NCBI RefSeq assembly: GCF_056712565.1
Contig: NZ_CM160072.1
DNA length: 64,000 nucleotides
Strand: one strand, 5' to 3'
How positions within the stretch are numbered: the stretch's first letter is position 1; every line of letters starts with the position of its first letter. Shown here piece by piece: positions 1 to 11,197 of the stretch. Below the pieces are notes generated by a model. That model was given only the letters and a program-made list of their open reading frames with translations. It searched no databases and had not been told where the DNA came from. A program made the translations under genes and the position numbers.

Positions 1-2097
1 GATGAGCCCATCAAAGAACTGGAGTCGGCGCTGGTGGCGCAAGGCTTTCAGATTATCTGGCCACAAAACAGCGTTGATTTGCTGAAGTTTATCGAACATA
101 ACCCACGAATTTGCGGCGTGATTTTTGACTGGGATGAGTACAGTCTCGATTTATGTAGCGATATCAATCAACTTAATGAATATCTCCCGCTTTATGCCTT
201 CATCAACACCCACTCGACGATGGATGTCAGCGTGCAGGATATGCGGATGGCGCTCTGGTTTTTTGAATATGCGCTGGGGCAGGCGGAAGATATCGCCATT
301 CGTATGCGTCAGTACACCAACGAATATCTTGATAACATTACGCCGCCGTTCACGAAAGCCTTGTTTACCTACGTCAAAGAGCGGAAGTACACCTTTTGTA
401 CGCCGGGGCATATGGGCGGCACCGCATATCAAAAAAGCCCGGTTGGCTGTCTGTTTTATGATTTTTTCGGCGGGAATACCCTCAAGGCGGACGTCTCTAT
501 TTCGGTCACCGAGCTTGGTTCGTTGCTCGACCACACCGGGCCACACCTGGAAGCGGAAGAGTACATCGCGCGGACGTTTGGCGCGGAACAGAGTTATATC
601 GTTACCAACGGAACATCGACGTCGAACAAAATTGTGGGTATGTACGCCGCGCCATCCGGCAGTACGCTGTTGATCGACCGCAATTGTCATAAATCGCTGG
701 CGCATCTGTTGATGATGAACGATGTAGTGCCAGTCTGGCTGAAACCGACGCGTAATGCGTTGGGGATTCTGGGTGGGATCCCGCGCGGTGAATTTACTCG
801 CGACAGCATCGAAGAGAAAGTCGCTGCCACCACGCAGGCACAATGGCCGGTTCATGCGGTGATCACCAACTCCACCTATGATGGCTTGCTCTACAACACC
901 GACTGGATCAAACAGACGCTGGATGTCCCGTCGATTCACTTCGATTCTGCCTGGGTGCCGTACACCCATTTTCATCCAATCTACCAGGGTAAAAGTGGTA
1001 TGAGCGGCGAGCGTGTTGCAGGAAAAGTGATCTTCGAAACGCAGTCGACCCACAAAATGCTGGCGGCGTTATCGCAGGCGTCGCTGATCCACATTAAAGG
1101 TGAGTATGACGAAGAGGCGTTTAACGAAGCCTTTATGATGCATACCACCACCTCGCCCAGTTATCCCATTGTTGCTTCTGTTGAGACGGCGGCGGCGATG
1201 CTGCGTGGTAATCCGGGCAAACGGCTGATTAACCGTTCAGTAGAACGAGCTCTGCATTTTCGCAAAGAGGTCCAGCGGCTGCGGGAAGAGTCTGACGGCT
1301 GGTTTTTCGATATCTGGCAACCGCCGCAGGTGGATGAAGCCGAATGCTGGCCCGTTGCGCCTGGCGAACAGTGGCACGGCTTTAGCGATGCGGATGCCAA
1401 TCACATGTTTCTCGATCCGGTTAAAGTCACTATTTTGACACCGGGGATGGACGAGCATGGCAATATGAGCGAGGAGGGGATCCCGGCGGCGCTGGTGGCA
1501 AAATTCCTCGACGAACGTGGGATCGTAGTAGAGAAAACCGGCCCTTATAACCTGCTGTTTCTCTTTAGTATTGGCATCGATAAAACCAAAGCAATGGGAT
1601 TATTGCGTGGGTTGACGGAATTTAAGCGCTCTTACGATCTCAACCTGCGGATCAAAAATATGCTGCCCGATCTCTATGCAGAAGATCCCGATTTCTACCG
1701 CAATATGCGTATTCAGGATCTGGCGCAAGGGATCCATAAGCTGATTCGTAAACACGATCTTCCCGGTTTGATGTTGCGGGCATTTGATACCTTGCCGGAG
1801 ATGATCATGACGCCACATCAGGCATGGCAGAGACAGATTAAAGGCGAAGTAGAAACCATTGCGCTGGAACAACTGGTCGGTAGAGTATCGGCAAATATGA
1901 TCCTGCCTTATCCACCCGGCGTACCGCTGCTGATGCCGGGAGAAATGCTTACCGAAGAGAGCCGCACGGTACTCGATTTTCTACTGATGCTTTGTTCCGT
2001 AGGGCAACATTACCCCGGTTTTGAAACGGATATTCACGGCGCGAAACAGGACGAAGACGGTGTTTACCGCGTACGAGTCCTAAAAATGGCAGGATAA
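1..2097 (+). CDS. ldcC: Lysine decarboxylase, constitutive (LdcC); 5' end lies outside the window
   Basis: Frame-1 ORF open from nt 1 (DEPIKELESALVAQGFQIIWPQ...), stop at 2097; sequence recognised as LdcC-type PLP-dependent lysine decarboxylase; the N-terminal ~25 codons are upstream of the window. Confidence 0.9.
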   Translation, partial: DEPIKELESALVAQGFQIIWPQNSVDLLKFIEHNPRICGVIFDWDEYSLDLCSDINQLNEYLPLYAFINTHSTMDVSVQDMRMALWFFEYALGQAEDIAIRMRQYTNEYLDNITPPFTKALFTYVKERKYTFCTPGHMGGTAYQKSPVGCLFYDFFGGNTLKADVSISVTELGSLLDHTGPHLEAEEYIARTFGAEQSYIVTNGTSTSNKIVGMYAAPSGSTLLIDRNCHKSLAHLLMMNDVVPVWLKPTRNALGILGGIPRGEFTRDSIEEKVAATTQAQWPVHAVITNSTYDGLLYNTDWIKQTLDVPSIHFDSAWVPYTHFHPIYQGKSGMSGERVAGKVIFETQSTHKMLAALSQASLIHIKGEYDEEAFNEAFMMHTTTSPSYPIVASVETAAAMLRGNPGKRLINRSVERALHFRKEVQRLREESDGWFFDIWQPPQVDEAECWPVAPGEQWHGFSDADANHMFLDPVKVTILTPGMDEHGNMSEEGIPAALVAKFLDERGIVVEKTGPYNLLFLFSIGIDKTKAMGLLRGLTEFKRSYDLNLRIKNMLPDLYAEDPDFYRNMRIQDLAQGIHKLIRKHDLPGLMLRAFDTLPEMIMTPHQAWQRQIKGEVETIALEQLVGRVSANMILPYPPGVPLLMPGEMLTEESRTVLDFLLMLCSVGQHYPGFETDIHGAKQDEDGVYRVRVLKMAG

Positions 2098-2153
2098 CTT
2101 GCCAGAGCGGCTTCCGGGCGAGTAACGTGCTGTTAACAAATAAAGGAGACGTT

Positions 2154-2543
2154 ATGCTGGGTTTAAAACAGGTTCACCATATTGCGATTATTGCGACGGA
2201 TTATGCGATGAGCAAAGCTTTCTACTGCGATATTCTTGGTTTCACGCTGCAAAGCGAAGTCTATCGCGAAGCGCGCGACTCGTGGAAAGGGGATTTGGCG
2301 CTTAATGGGCAATATGTGATTGAGCTTTTCTCATTTCCGTTCCCGCCGGAGCGCCCCAGCCGACCGGAAGCCTGCGGCCTGCGTCATCTGGCTTTTAGCG
2401 TTGATGATATCGATGCGGCAGTGGCGCACCTTGAAAGCCATAACGTGAAGTGTGAAGCCATCCGTGTCGATCCCTACACGCAAAAACGCTTCACGTTCTT
2501 TAACGATCCGGACGGGCTGCCGTTGGAACTGTATGAGCAGTAA
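2154..2543 (+). CDS. yaeR: VOC/glyoxalase-family protein YaeR
   Basis: 129-aa ORF starting MLGLKQVHHIAII, preceded by AAAGGAG RBS; the ORF-track start at 2127 is an upstream in-frame extension. Confidence 0.8.
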   Translation: MLGLKQVHHIAIIATDYAMSKAFYCDILGFTLQSEVYREARDSWKGDLALNGQYVIELFSFPFPPERPSRPEACGLRHLAFSVDDIDAAVAHLESHNVKCEAIRVDPYTQKRFTFFNDPDGLPLELYEQ

Positions 2544-2607
2544 GGCTTGTCATCGCCGCATTTGCCCGGTAACGTGCCCGGCATTGCTACTGTAAAATCG
2601 CACCATC

Positions 2608-3906
2608 ATGACACTCACGCTCAATAGACAACTTCTCTCCTCACGCCAGATTCTGGTGGCCTTTAGCGGCGGCCTTGATTCTACTGTCTTACTGCATCAA
2701 CTGGTGCAGTGGCGGACGGAAAATCCGGGCGTCACTCTGCGCGCTATCCATGTGCATCACGGTTTAAGCGCCAATGCTGATGCCTGGGTGAAACATTGTG
2801 AAAACATCTGCCAACAGTGGCAGGTGCCGCTGGTGGTCGAACGTGTGCAGCTTGCGCAAGAGGGGCTAGGTATTGAGGCTCAGGCTCGGCAGGCGCGTTA
2901 TCAGGCATTTGCCCGCACCTTGTTGCCCGGTGAAGTGCTGGTTACAGCGCAACATCTCGACGATCAATGTGAAACCTTTCTGCTGGCGCTAAAACGCGGT
3001 AGCGGCCCTGCCGGGCTTTCGGCTATGGCGGAAGTTTCGGAGTTTGCCGGAACACAGCTTATCCGCCCGTTGCTTGCCCGCACGCGGGGGGAACTGGTGC
3101 AGTGGGCGTTGGCGCATGGTTTACGCTGGATTGAAGACGAAAGTAATCAGGATGATAGCTACGATCGTAACTTTCTGCGCCTGCGCGTAGTGCCGTTATT
3201 GCAGCAGCGTTGGCCGCATTTTGCCGAAGCAACAGCCCGCAGCGCCGCACTTTGCGCTGAACAAGAGAGCCTGTTAGATGAACTGCTGGCGGATGATTTA
3301 GCGCACTGTCAAACTCCGCAGGGGACGCTGCAGATTGCGCCAATGCTGGCGATGAGTGATGCCCGTCGCGCGGCGATTATCCGCCGCTGGCTGGCAGGGC
3401 AGAATGCACCGATGCCTTCCCGCGACGCGTTGGTGAGGATCTGGCAGGAAGTGGCGCTGGCGCGGGAAGATGCCTCCCCCTGTTTACGTTTGGGTGCGTT
3501 TGAAATCCGCCGCTATCAATCGCAACTGTGGTGGATTAAATTCGTCACTGGGCAAAGCGAAACCATTGTGCCGTGGCAGACGTGGCTACAACCGCTGGAA
3601 TTACCGGCGGGGCTGGGAAGTGTACAGCTTACTGCGGGAGGCGATATTCGCCCTCCGCGTGCAGACGAAGCGGTCAGCGTGCGTTTCAAAGCGCCAGGAC
3701 TGCTGCATATTGTCGGGCGCAACGGCGGACGTAAGCTGAAGAAAATCTGGCAAGAGTTAGGCGTTCCGCCGTGGCTACGTGACACCACGCCACTGCTGTT
3801 TTATGGCGAAACGCTGATTGCGGCGGCAGGGGTATTTGTGACGCAAGAAGGTGTGGCTGTAGGTGAGAATGGCGTCAGTTTTGTCTGGAAGAAAACGCTT
3901 AGTTAA
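2608..3906 (+). CDS. tilS: tRNA(Ile)-lysidine synthetase
   Basis: 432-aa ORF with N-terminal PP-loop motif (SGGLDS) typical of TilS/MesJ; position after ldcC-yaeR. Confidence 0.9.
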   Translation: MTLTLNRQLLSSRQILVAFSGGLDSTVLLHQLVQWRTENPGVTLRAIHVHHGLSANADAWVKHCENICQQWQVPLVVERVQLAQEGLGIEAQARQARYQAFARTLLPGEVLVTAQHLDDQCETFLLALKRGSGPAGLSAMAEVSEFAGTQLIRPLLARTRGELVQWALAHGLRWIEDESNQDDSYDRNFLRLRVVPLLQQRWPHFAEATARSAALCAEQESLLDELLADDLAHCQTPQGTLQIAPMLAMSDARRAAIIRRWLAGQNAPMPSRDALVRIWQEVALAREDASPCLRLGAFEIRRYQSQLWWIKFVTGQSETIVPWQTWLQPLELPAGLGSVQLTAGGDIRPPRADEAVSVRFKAPGLLHIVGRNGGRKLKKIWQELGVPPWLRDTTPLLFYGETLIAAAGVFVTQEGVAVGENGVSFVWKKTLS

Positions 3907-3912
3907 GTGAAA

Positions 3913-3947
3913 GCCGGATAAGACGCAACAAACGTCGCATCCGGCGA
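3913..3947. terminator. Bidirectional hairpin between convergent tilS and rof
   Basis: GCCGGAT...ATCCGGC inverted repeat immediately after the tilS stop and downstream of rof on the other strand. Confidence 0.4.
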
Positions 3948-3953
3948 AGTCAA

Positions 3954-4214
3954 TCAGGACTCGCTCACCACCACCGTACCGATTTCCGGGTGGCTAAAGC
4001 TGGTAATTTTATCCAGACGCAGCTCGCGGGTTGCACCAGCGGCTTCGACGACCAGATATTCCACATTTTTGCGGGAGACTAAATCGCTGGCCTTCGCCTG
4101 CAATTTTTCGCCATCTTTCAGCTCAAGTGTCAGCATTAAATGATGCTGGCAGGCGAGCTCAAGATTATCGTAATCATCACAATTGATTGGTTGATACGTA
4201 TCATTTATTGACAT
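3954..4214 (-). CDS. rof: Rho-specific inhibitor of transcription termination Rof (YaeO)
   Basis: 86-aa [28 protein letters not shown]..., recognised as Rof. Confidence 0.85.
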   Translation of the reverse strand: MSINDTYQPINCDDYDNLELACQHHLMLTLELKDGEKLQAKASDLVSRKNVEYLVVEAAGATRELRLDKITSFSHPEIGTVVVSES

Positions 4215-4401
4215 AATCGCTCACCAGTAAGTTTGCCGCAGCGTATGCTGCTTTTTCCCTGACAGCCTCAGAAAGGGCGTCGTCGGCAGCCATTTCATTC
4301 AGCACTTTCAAAACGCAGCCCAGCGCGTCCGGAACGTATCCTAAGTCTCCGCTGGCGATTTCCGCGTACCGCTTGCGTATTAACTCACAATATTTTTCCA
4401 C
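4201..4401 (-). CDS. yaeP: UPF0253 small protein YaeP
   Basis: 66-aa ORF from [22 protein letters not shown]; the ORF-track start at 4419 is an in-frame extension; overlaps the rof start by 14 nt. Confidence 0.8.
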   Translation of the reverse strand: MEKYCELIRKRYAEIASGDLGYVPDALGCVLKVLNEMAADDALSEAVREKAAYAAANLLVSDYVNK

Positions 4402-4566
4402 ATGCCCTCCTGTCAGCACTCTGACTTAACCGTGGATGCAAGTCTAAGCCTACGAAGATAAACTCTGTTTCGCAAGGTGACTATACCACACTCATTTCTG
4501 CAATATCAGCGCCGCAACTGCACGTATTCCGTTACAATGGCCTCCTGATTCGAAAGGAGTTTTCTT

Positions 4567-5112
4567 ATGGCGCTTAAAGCGACAATTTATAAAGCGACGG
4601 TTAATGTGGCCGATCTCGACCGCAACCAGTTTCTCGATGCCTCTCTGACGCTGGCGCGCCATCCTTCAGAAACCCAGGAGCGCATGATGCTGCGCCTGCT
4701 GGCGTGGCTAAAATATGCCGATGAACGTCTGCAATTTACCCGTGGTTTGTGTGCCGATGATGAGCCGGAAGCGTGGCTGCGTAACGATCATTTGGGTATT
4801 GATTTGTGGATTGAGCTGGGGCTGCCGGATGAGCGACGGATTAAGAAAGCCTGCACCCAGGCCGCAGAAGTGGCGCTGTTTGCCTATAATAGTCGGGCGG
4901 CGCAAATCTGGTGGCAGCAAAATCAGAGCAAATGTGCGCAGTTTGCCAATCTTTCCGTCTGGTATCTGGACGACGAGCAGCTGGCGAAAGTGAGCGCCTT
5001 TGCCGATCGTACTATGACGCTGCAGGCAACGATTCAGGATGGTGTTATCTGGTTATCGGATGATAAGAATAATCTGGAAGTGAACTTAACCGTCTGGCAA
5101 CAACCTTCATGA
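4567..5112 (+). CDS. yaeQ: YaeQ family protein
   Basis: 181-aa [25 protein letters not shown]..., conserved position upstream of arfB with a 4-nt overlap. Confidence 0.85.
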   Translation: MALKATIYKATVNVADLDRNQFLDASLTLARHPSETQERMMLRLLAWLKYADERLQFTRGLCADDEPEAWLRNDHLGIDLWIELGLPDERRIKKACTQAAEVALFAYNSRAAQIWWQQNQSKCAQFANLSVWYLDDEQLAKVSAFADRTMTLQATIQDGVIWLSDDKNNLEVNLTVWQQPS

Positions 5113-5531
5113 TTGTGATTTCCCGACATGTTGCTATCCCTGATGGCGAGTTTGAGATCACCGCCATTCGTGCGCAGGGCGCGGGCGGGCAGCATGTTAA
5201 TAAGACCTCAACGGCTATTCATCTGCGTTTTGACATTCGGGCGTCCAGCCTGCCAGAGTATTACAAAGAACGTCTGCTCGCCGCCAGCCATCACTTGATC
5301 AGCAGTGATGGGGTGATTGTCATTAAGGCACAGGAATACCGCAATCAGGAGCTCAACCGCGAAGCGGCGCTGGCCCGGCTGGTGGCAGTGATTAAAGATT
5401 TAACAACAGAACAAAAAGCCCGACGACCCACGCGGCCCACCCGCGCATCAAAAGAGCGCAGGCTGGCATCGAAAGCACAAAAATCAAGCGTGAAGGCGAT
5501 GCGCGGCAAAGTGCGCAGCGGTCGGGAATAA
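5109..5531 (+). CDS. arfB: Peptidyl-tRNA hydrolase ArfB (YaeJ), ribosome rescue factor
   Basis: 140-aa ORF with the GGQ motif ([13 protein letters not shown]) of release-factor-like hydrolases and a basic C-terminal tail. Confidence 0.85.
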   Translation: MIVISRHVAIPDGEFEITAIRAQGAGGQHVNKTSTAIHLRFDIRASSLPEYYKERLLAASHHLISSDGVIVIKAQEYRNQELNREAALARLVAVIKDLTTEQKARRPTRPTRASKERRLASKAQKSSVKAMRGKVRSGRE

Positions 5532-5544
5532 AAAGAAGGAATGG

Positions 5545-6255
5545 ATGGTGAAAAAAGCGATAGTGACAGCGATGGCTGTAATCAGCCTCTTTACTCTGAT
5601 GGGATGTAATAATCGGGCCGAAGTCGATACGCTTTCTCCGGCACAGGCTGCCGAACTGAAACCGATGCCGCAAAGTTGGCGCGGCGTGCTGCCGTGTGCT
5701 GATTGCGAAGGAATCGAAACCTCTCTGTTCCTCGAAAAAGACGGAACCTGGGTGATGAATGAGCGTTATCTGGGGGCTCGTGAAGAACCTTCCTCCTTCG
5801 CTTCCTACGGTACATGGGCGCGAACCGCTGACAAGCTGGTATTAACCGATAGCAAAGGTGAAAAGTCATATTATCGCGCGAAAGGAGATGCGCTGGAGAT
5901 GCTCGATCGTGAAGGTAATCCGATTGAATCGCAGTTCAACTATACGCTGGAACCGGCACAATCCAGCTTACCCATGACACCGATGACCCTGCGGGGCATG
6001 TATTTTTATATGGCTGATGCGGCGACCTTCACTGATTGCGCGACCGGAAAACGTTTCATGGTGGCGAATAACGCAGAGCTGGAGCGTGGCTACCTGGCTG
6101 CGCGCGGTAACAGTGAAAAACCGGTGTTACTGTCAGTAGAAGGTCACTTTACGCTTGAGGCTAATCCGGATACCGGTGCGCCGACCAAAGTATTAGCGCC
6201 CGATACGGCAGGTAAATTTTACCCAAACCAGGATTGCAGTAGTTTGGGGCTGTAA
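5545..6255 (+). CDS. nlpE: Outer-membrane lipoprotein NlpE (CutF), Cpx pathway sensor
   Basis: 236-aa ORF with lipoprotein signal peptide (LFTLMGC) and CxxC motif; recognised as NlpE. Confidence 0.9.
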   Translation: MVKKAIVTAMAVISLFTLMGCNNRAEVDTLSPAQAAELKPMPQSWRGVLPCADCEGIETSLFLEKDGTWVMNERYLGAREEPSSFASYGTWARTADKLVLTDSKGEKSYYRAKGDALEMLDREGNPIESQFNYTLEPAQSSLPMTPMTLRGMYFYMADAATFTDCATGKRFMVANNAELERGYLAARGNSEKPVLLSVEGHFTLEANPDTGAPTKVLAPDTAGKFYPNQDCSSLGL

Positions 6256-6352
6256 CCCGTCTTGAGACAGAAACAAATGAAATATTGCCTCATGCGCTGC
6301 GCTTATCAGTCCTAAAGCATACAATGCAATATTTTGAATTAGCACAATTTTG

Positions 6353-6395
6353 TAGGCCGGATAAGGCGTTCACGCCGCATCCGGCATTTTGCGCA
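6353..6395. repeat. REP (repetitive extragenic palindrome) unit
   Basis: GCCGGATAAGGCGTTCACGCCGCATCCGGC palindrome typical of enterobacterial REP/BIME elements, in the nlpE-yaeF intergenic region. Confidence 0.6.
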
Positions 6396-6410
6396 CGAGG
6401 CTGGCTTTTA

Positions 6411-7235
6411 TCACTGAGTCAGTCCAACAAAGCGACTTGCTTTAATATAAATCCCTGGCTTCAGGTGCCCAATATACTGTAACTGCGTTTCTGGTTTAAA
6501 TGCAGAGACATCACCACTACGCATATGCATCAGATCGGCAGGGCTAATCCAGCCTGATTGCGCCAGCGTAAGCGGATGCCCGGCTTTGGCAAATGCATCA
6601 GTGACAAATTCCGAACAAAACCACGACTTTTTGTCTCCTTCGCCCACACTGCTTAACTGCGCTTTCGCCAGGCCGCTGACGCACTGTTGACGAAAATCCT
6701 CGGAGAACGGATTTAGTGAGCACATCTGGCGAGTCACCATAAATGGAATAAATTCGACAATGCCGCGATAGTTATAACCGCTATCTTTAATTTTGTTGGC
6801 GAACGCGGTGATTTCTGTGGCTTGTTGCGGGGTAAGATCCGGGACTCGTAAGACGAAAAGCTTATCACTATGCTTTATGGCTTTTTTAAGGGAAACAATC
6901 TGGACGCCAGCGCCTGTCGCTTCGGCAACGTTATTATCTCCCAAATAGATTGCAACGTGACTCACAGAGGAAGTGCTGAATACGCGGATACCAAATGAGG
7001 TTACCCCAAGGCTTGAGGAGAAAAGCAAATCGCCGGGTTTGAGATCTGGTTCCGTTATTTCTTTTATTGATTGTTCGGTGAAAGAGCTTTGATGCTGGAA
7101 TTTAACAGCCCATGTTTTCGCCTCGGCATTTACCACTGTGGCTGATGAGTCTGGCTGGCTGATATCAACGGTACAGGCCGAAAGTAAAAGAAAGCAGGGG
7201 AGAAGCAGGCGGCAGTACGCCTTTGGTTTATCCAT
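6411..7235 (-). CDS. yaeF: Lipoprotein YaeF (NlpC/P60-like peptidase family)
   Basis: 274-aa ORF from MDKPKAYCRLLLPCFLLLSAC (lipobox); the ORF-track start at 7244 is 3 codons further upstream. Confidence 0.75.
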   Translation of the reverse strand: MDKPKAYCRLLLPCFLLLSACTVDISQPDSSATVVNAEAKTWAVKFQHQSSFTEQSIKEITEPDLKPGDLLFSSSLGVTSFGIRVFSTSSVSHVAIYLGDNNVAEATGAGVQIVSLKKAIKHSDKLFVLRVPDLTPQQATEITAFANKIKDSGYNYRGIVEFIPFMVTRQMCSLNPFSEDFRQQCVSGLAKAQLSSVGEGDKKSWFCSEFVTDAFAKAGHPLTLAQSGWISPADLMHMRSGDVSAFKPETQLQYIGHLKPGIYIKASRFVGLTQ

Positions 7236-7287
7236 TTTATACAATCCATGTAAAAAAGGGCCCCGAAATTCAGGACCCTTTCTGGCA

Positions 7288-9006
7288 TCAGCCTTTAATC
7301 TGTTTCACCAGATAATCGACGATGTCACCAGTCTTAATTAACTGTTTCTCGCCGTTACGACGATATTTATATTCGATATCATCGTTGTCGAGGTTACGGT
7401 CGCCCAGCACAATAGTGTGCGGAATACCGATCAGTTCCATATCAGCAAACATCACGCCCGGGCGCTCTTTGCGGTCATCCAGCAGCACTTCGATACCTTG
7501 TGCGCGCAGTTCGCTGTACAGTTTCTCAGCAAGTTCCTGTACGCGGAAGGATTTGTGCATGTTCATTGGCAGAATCGCCACCTGGAACGGCGCGATAGCG
7601 TCAGGCCATACGATGCCGCGTTCGTCGTAGTTCTGCTCAATCGCCGCAGCTACCACACGCGTTACGCCGATACCGTAGCAACCCATCGTCAGGATTTGGT
7701 TACGGCCATCTTCACCCTGTACGGAGGCTTTCAGTGCTTCGGAGTACTTGGTACCCAGCTGGAAGATGTGACCGACTTCGATACCACGTTTGATCAGCAG
7801 CGTACCCTGACCATCCGGGCTTGGATCGCCAGCCACCACGTTGCGGATATCAGCAATTTCCGGAGTAGCGACATCGCGATCCCAGTTGATACCGAAGTAG
7901 TGTTTACCATCGATGTTAGCACCAGCAGCGAAATCACTCATCGCCGCAACGGTACGGTCAATCACCACCGGAATCGGCATGTTTACCGGACCCAGTGAAC
8001 CCGGACCGGCTTTAACCACGGCACGAATTTCTTCTTCGGTCGCAAAAGTCAGCGGGCTGGCAACCTGCGGCAGTTTTTCTGCTTTAACTTCGTTCAGCTC
8101 GTGGTCACCGCGCACCAGCAGCGCAACCAGCGGGAAGCTACTGCCTTCAACGGCTTTAACCAGCAGAGTCTTAACCGTTTTCTCAATCGGCAGATTGAAC
8201 TGTTCAACCAGTTCCGCGATGGTTTTCGCGTTCGGCGTATCAACCAGCGTCATTTCCTGGGTAGCAGCAGCGCGCGGTTCTTTCGGCGCGATAGCTTCTG
8301 CCAGTTCAATGTTCGCTGCATAGTCAGAAGTATCGGAGAAGACCACATCGTCTTCTCCGCTCTGCGCCAGCACCTGAAATTCGTGAGAGGCGCTACCGCC
8401 GATAGAACCGGTATCGGCCTGTACGGCGCGGAAATCCAGCCCCATGCGGCTGAAGATTTTGCTGTAGGCCGCATACATTGCATCGTAGGTTTCCTGCAGG
8501 GATTCCTGAGAAGTATGGAAAGAGTAAGCATCTTTCATCAGGAATTCGCGGGAACGCATGACGCCGAAACGCGGACGCACTTCGTCGCGGAACTTGGTCT
8601 GGATCTGATAGAAGTTCAGCGGCAGCTGTTTGTAAGAGCTCAGCTCGTTACGAATCAGGTCTGTAATCACTTCTTCATGAGTTGGGCCGAGTACGAACGG
8701 ACGGTCACCACGGTCAGCAATACGCAGCAATTCCGGGCCATACTGTTCCCAACGACCACTCTCTTGCCACAGTTCAGATGGCTGAACCACCGGCATTAAC
8801 ACCTCGATCGCACCGGCGTTGTTCATCTCTTCACGCACGATGTTTTCGACTTTTTTCAGAACGCGCACGCCGGTCGGCAGCCAGGTATATAACCCGGAGG
8901 CCAGCTTGCGGATCATCCCGGCGCGCAGCATCAGCTGATGGCTGATCACCTCGGCGTCGGCAGGTGTCTCCTTGAGAGTGGAGAGCAGGTATTGGCTAGT
9001 ACGCAT
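7288..9006 (-). CDS. proS: Prolyl-tRNA synthetase
   Basis: 572-aa protein from [20 protein letters not shown]; class II aaRS motifs; the ORF-track start at 9060 is an in-frame extension. Confidence 0.9.
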
Positions 9007-9116
9007 GTTGTTACGGTTCCAGTTGGAAGGTAGAACAGGCTCAAGGCGAGCCTGGGACAAAAAAAGTGATTTAGTTTACCAGTGCAAAAGAAATGTCAAA
9101 AGAGAAGGGCGTGAAT

Positions 9117-9824
9117 TTAACGCGGTTCCAGCGCAAAGACTTCAAAACCTGCGTCGGTGACGCGCCAGCGAACGTTAAAATCATGCAGCCAGACGGCATA
9201 GGTTTTGCCCGTTTCCTCACCTTTACGATAGGCCGGGCGCGGGTCCTGCGCCAGTACTTCGCGGATAAACAGCGTTAACTGCGGATAACGCTTCTCCAGC
9301 GTCAAAAGCTGCTTTTCGACCTCTGCGGTAAAACACACCGCCATTTCTGCCGCTGGCGCACTTTGCGCATAGCTGGCACTGGCATCGGGAAGCGATTCAG
9401 CAAAGGGGAGATACGGTTTGATATCCACTACCGGCGTACCATCGACGAGATCCAGACTGCCGAGCTTCAGAATCACGCTATCTTTATGGCAAACAACCTC
9501 TTTCAGCTCTACCAGCGACATACCAATTGGGTTAGGGCGAAAAGTGGAGCGCGTAGCGAAAACACCCATTCTGGCATTACCGCCGAGACGAGGCGGACGC
9601 ACAGTCGGACGCCAGCCGCCTTCCATCGTTTGATGAAAGACGAAAAGGATCCATAAATGGCTGAATGCTTCCAGGCCGCGAACGGCGTCGGCCTGGTTGT
9701 AGGGAGCAATGAGATGTAGTTCGCCGTTGGCGCTTTTTACCAGACCTGGCTGGCGCGGAACGGCGAATTTTTCTTTATAGGGCGAGCGAATAACGCCTAT
9801 TTGCTCGAACTGGAAACTGCTCAT
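9117..9824 (-). CDS. tsaA: tRNA (adenine37-N6)-methyltransferase TsaA (YaeB)
   Basis: 235-aa ORF MSSFQFEQIGVIRSPYKEKFAVPRQPG..., TsaA/YaeB family; overlaps the rcsF stop by 4 nt. Confidence 0.85.
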   Translation of the reverse strand: MSSFQFEQIGVIRSPYKEKFAVPRQPGLVKSANGELHLIAPYNQADAVRGLEAFSHLWILFVFHQTMEGGWRPTVRPPRLGGNARMGVFATRSTFRPNPIGMSLVELKEVVCHKDSVILKLGSLDLVDGTPVVDIKPYLPFAESLPDASASYAQSAPAAEMAVCFTAEVEKQLLTLEKRYPQLTLFIREVLAQDPRPAYRKGEETGKTYAVWLHDFNVRWRVTDAGFEVFALEPR

Positions 9825-10225
9825 TTCGCCGTGATGTTAAGCGCAGAACCTATACATACAGCCTGACGATAGCAACCTGGCGTACCGCTGGTGACTTCGC
9901 AGCTATGCAGTAATACCGCATTGGCTTTCATTTTCGAGGCGTTGATTTGCATCCGCTTACGTGCGGTTGGAATGCTCGGCGGAGAGTCCTGATTAGAGGC
10001 CTGGCAAGAGTCGCCACTGACTTCACCGAGATCGCGGAACGGTTTGCCGACTAATTCTTCTGCATTGGTATAAATTCGGACCGGCGTGGCGCGCGGCGCT
10101 TTCGGTTTTGCAGGCTCCGCTTTCGGCTGGGGTGCAGTGCTTTGAACGGGTTCGACAGGGGATCTGCTTAACATGGAACAGCCGCTTAGCATGAGTGCTA
10201 CTAAACAGATCGGTAAAGCACGCAT
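9821..10225 (-). CDS. rcsF: Outer-membrane lipoprotein RcsF (Rcs phosphorelay sensor)
   Basis: 134-aa ORF with lipobox (MLSGCSM) and Pro/Ala-rich linker; recognised as RcsF. Confidence 0.9.
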   Translation of the reverse strand: MRALPICLVALMLSGCSMLSRSPVEPVQSTAPQPKAEPAKPKAPRATPVRIYTNAEELVGKPFRDLGEVSGDSCQASNQDSPPSIPTARKRMQINASKMKANAVLLHSCEVTSGTPGCYRQAVCIGSALNITAK

Positions 10226-10342
10226 AGTATTTCCTCAATGTATGATCAAAACGTCAATATTGAATCAGGCGCTTGTAAAAATGACAAGACGGGCAAGCGC
10301 CCGTCCTGAATGATATTACAAATTGTGGAAACAGCCTAAATA

Positions 10343-11158
10343 TTACCAGCCTTTAACAGCGCCGCCGTTAAACACTTTGTTTGCTGCTTCGTAAACTTCG
10401 TCAGACTGATAAGCCTGAACGAATTTCTTCACGTTTTCGGCGTCTTTGTTGTCTTCACGCGTTACGATCAGGTTTACGTACGGGGACTCTTTATCTTCGA
10501 CAAAGATACCGTCTTTCGCTGGAGTCAGGCCAATCTGGCTGGCATAGGTGGTATTGATAACTGCCAGAGCGATTTGCGCGTCGTCCAGAGAGCGCGGCAG
10601 CTGCGGTGCTTCCAGTTCAACAATTTTCAGATTTTTTGGGTTCTCAACAACATCAAGAACGGTCGGCAGCAGGCCAACGCCATCTTTCAGTTTGATCAAG
10701 CCCACTTTTTGCAGCAGCAGCAGTGAACGACCAAGGTTAGTTGGGTCGTTTGGCACGGCAACCTGCGAACCATCCTGCAGTTCATCCAGTGATTTGATTT
10801 TCTTGGAGTAACCAGCAATCGGATAAACAAATGTGTTGCCTACTGCGACCAGTTTGTAGCCACGATCTTTCAGTTGCTGATCAAGGTACGGTTTATGCTG
10901 GAAGGCGTTGGCGTCGATATCGCCTTTGCTCAATGCTTCGTTTGGCAGAACATAGTCGTTGAAGGTTACCAGCTCAACGTCCAGGCCATATTTGTCTTTC
11001 GCAACTTTCTGCGCGACTTCTGCAACCTGCTGTTCGGCACCAACAATCACGCCGACTTTAATGTGGTTTGGATCTTTTTCATCCTGACCGCAGCCTACCA
11101 GTGCCAGTGATCCAATCAGGGCTCCCACTGCCGCAAAGGTTTTGAATTTGAACGCCAT
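10343..11158 (-). CDS. metQ: D-methionine ABC transporter substrate-binding lipoprotein
   Basis: 271-aa ORF with lipoprotein signal (LALVGCGQ); NlpA-family binding protein downstream of metI. Confidence 0.9.
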   Translation of the reverse strand: MAFKFKTFAAVGALIGSLALVGCGQDEKDPNHIKVGVIVGAEQQVAEVAQKVAKDKYGLDVELVTFNDYVLPNEALSKGDIDANAFQHKPYLDQQLKDRGYKLVAVGNTFVYPIAGYSKKIKSLDELQDGSQVAVPNDPTNLGRSLLLLQKVGLIKLKDGVGLLPTVLDVVENPKNLKIVELEAPQLPRSLDDAQIALAVINTTYASQIGLTPAKDGIFVEDKESPYVNLIVTREDNKDAENVKKFVQAYQSDEVYEAANKVFNGGAVKGW

Positions 11159-11197
11159 ACCTTATTCCTTCTTCAATTATTTATGTTGTGTTGAACG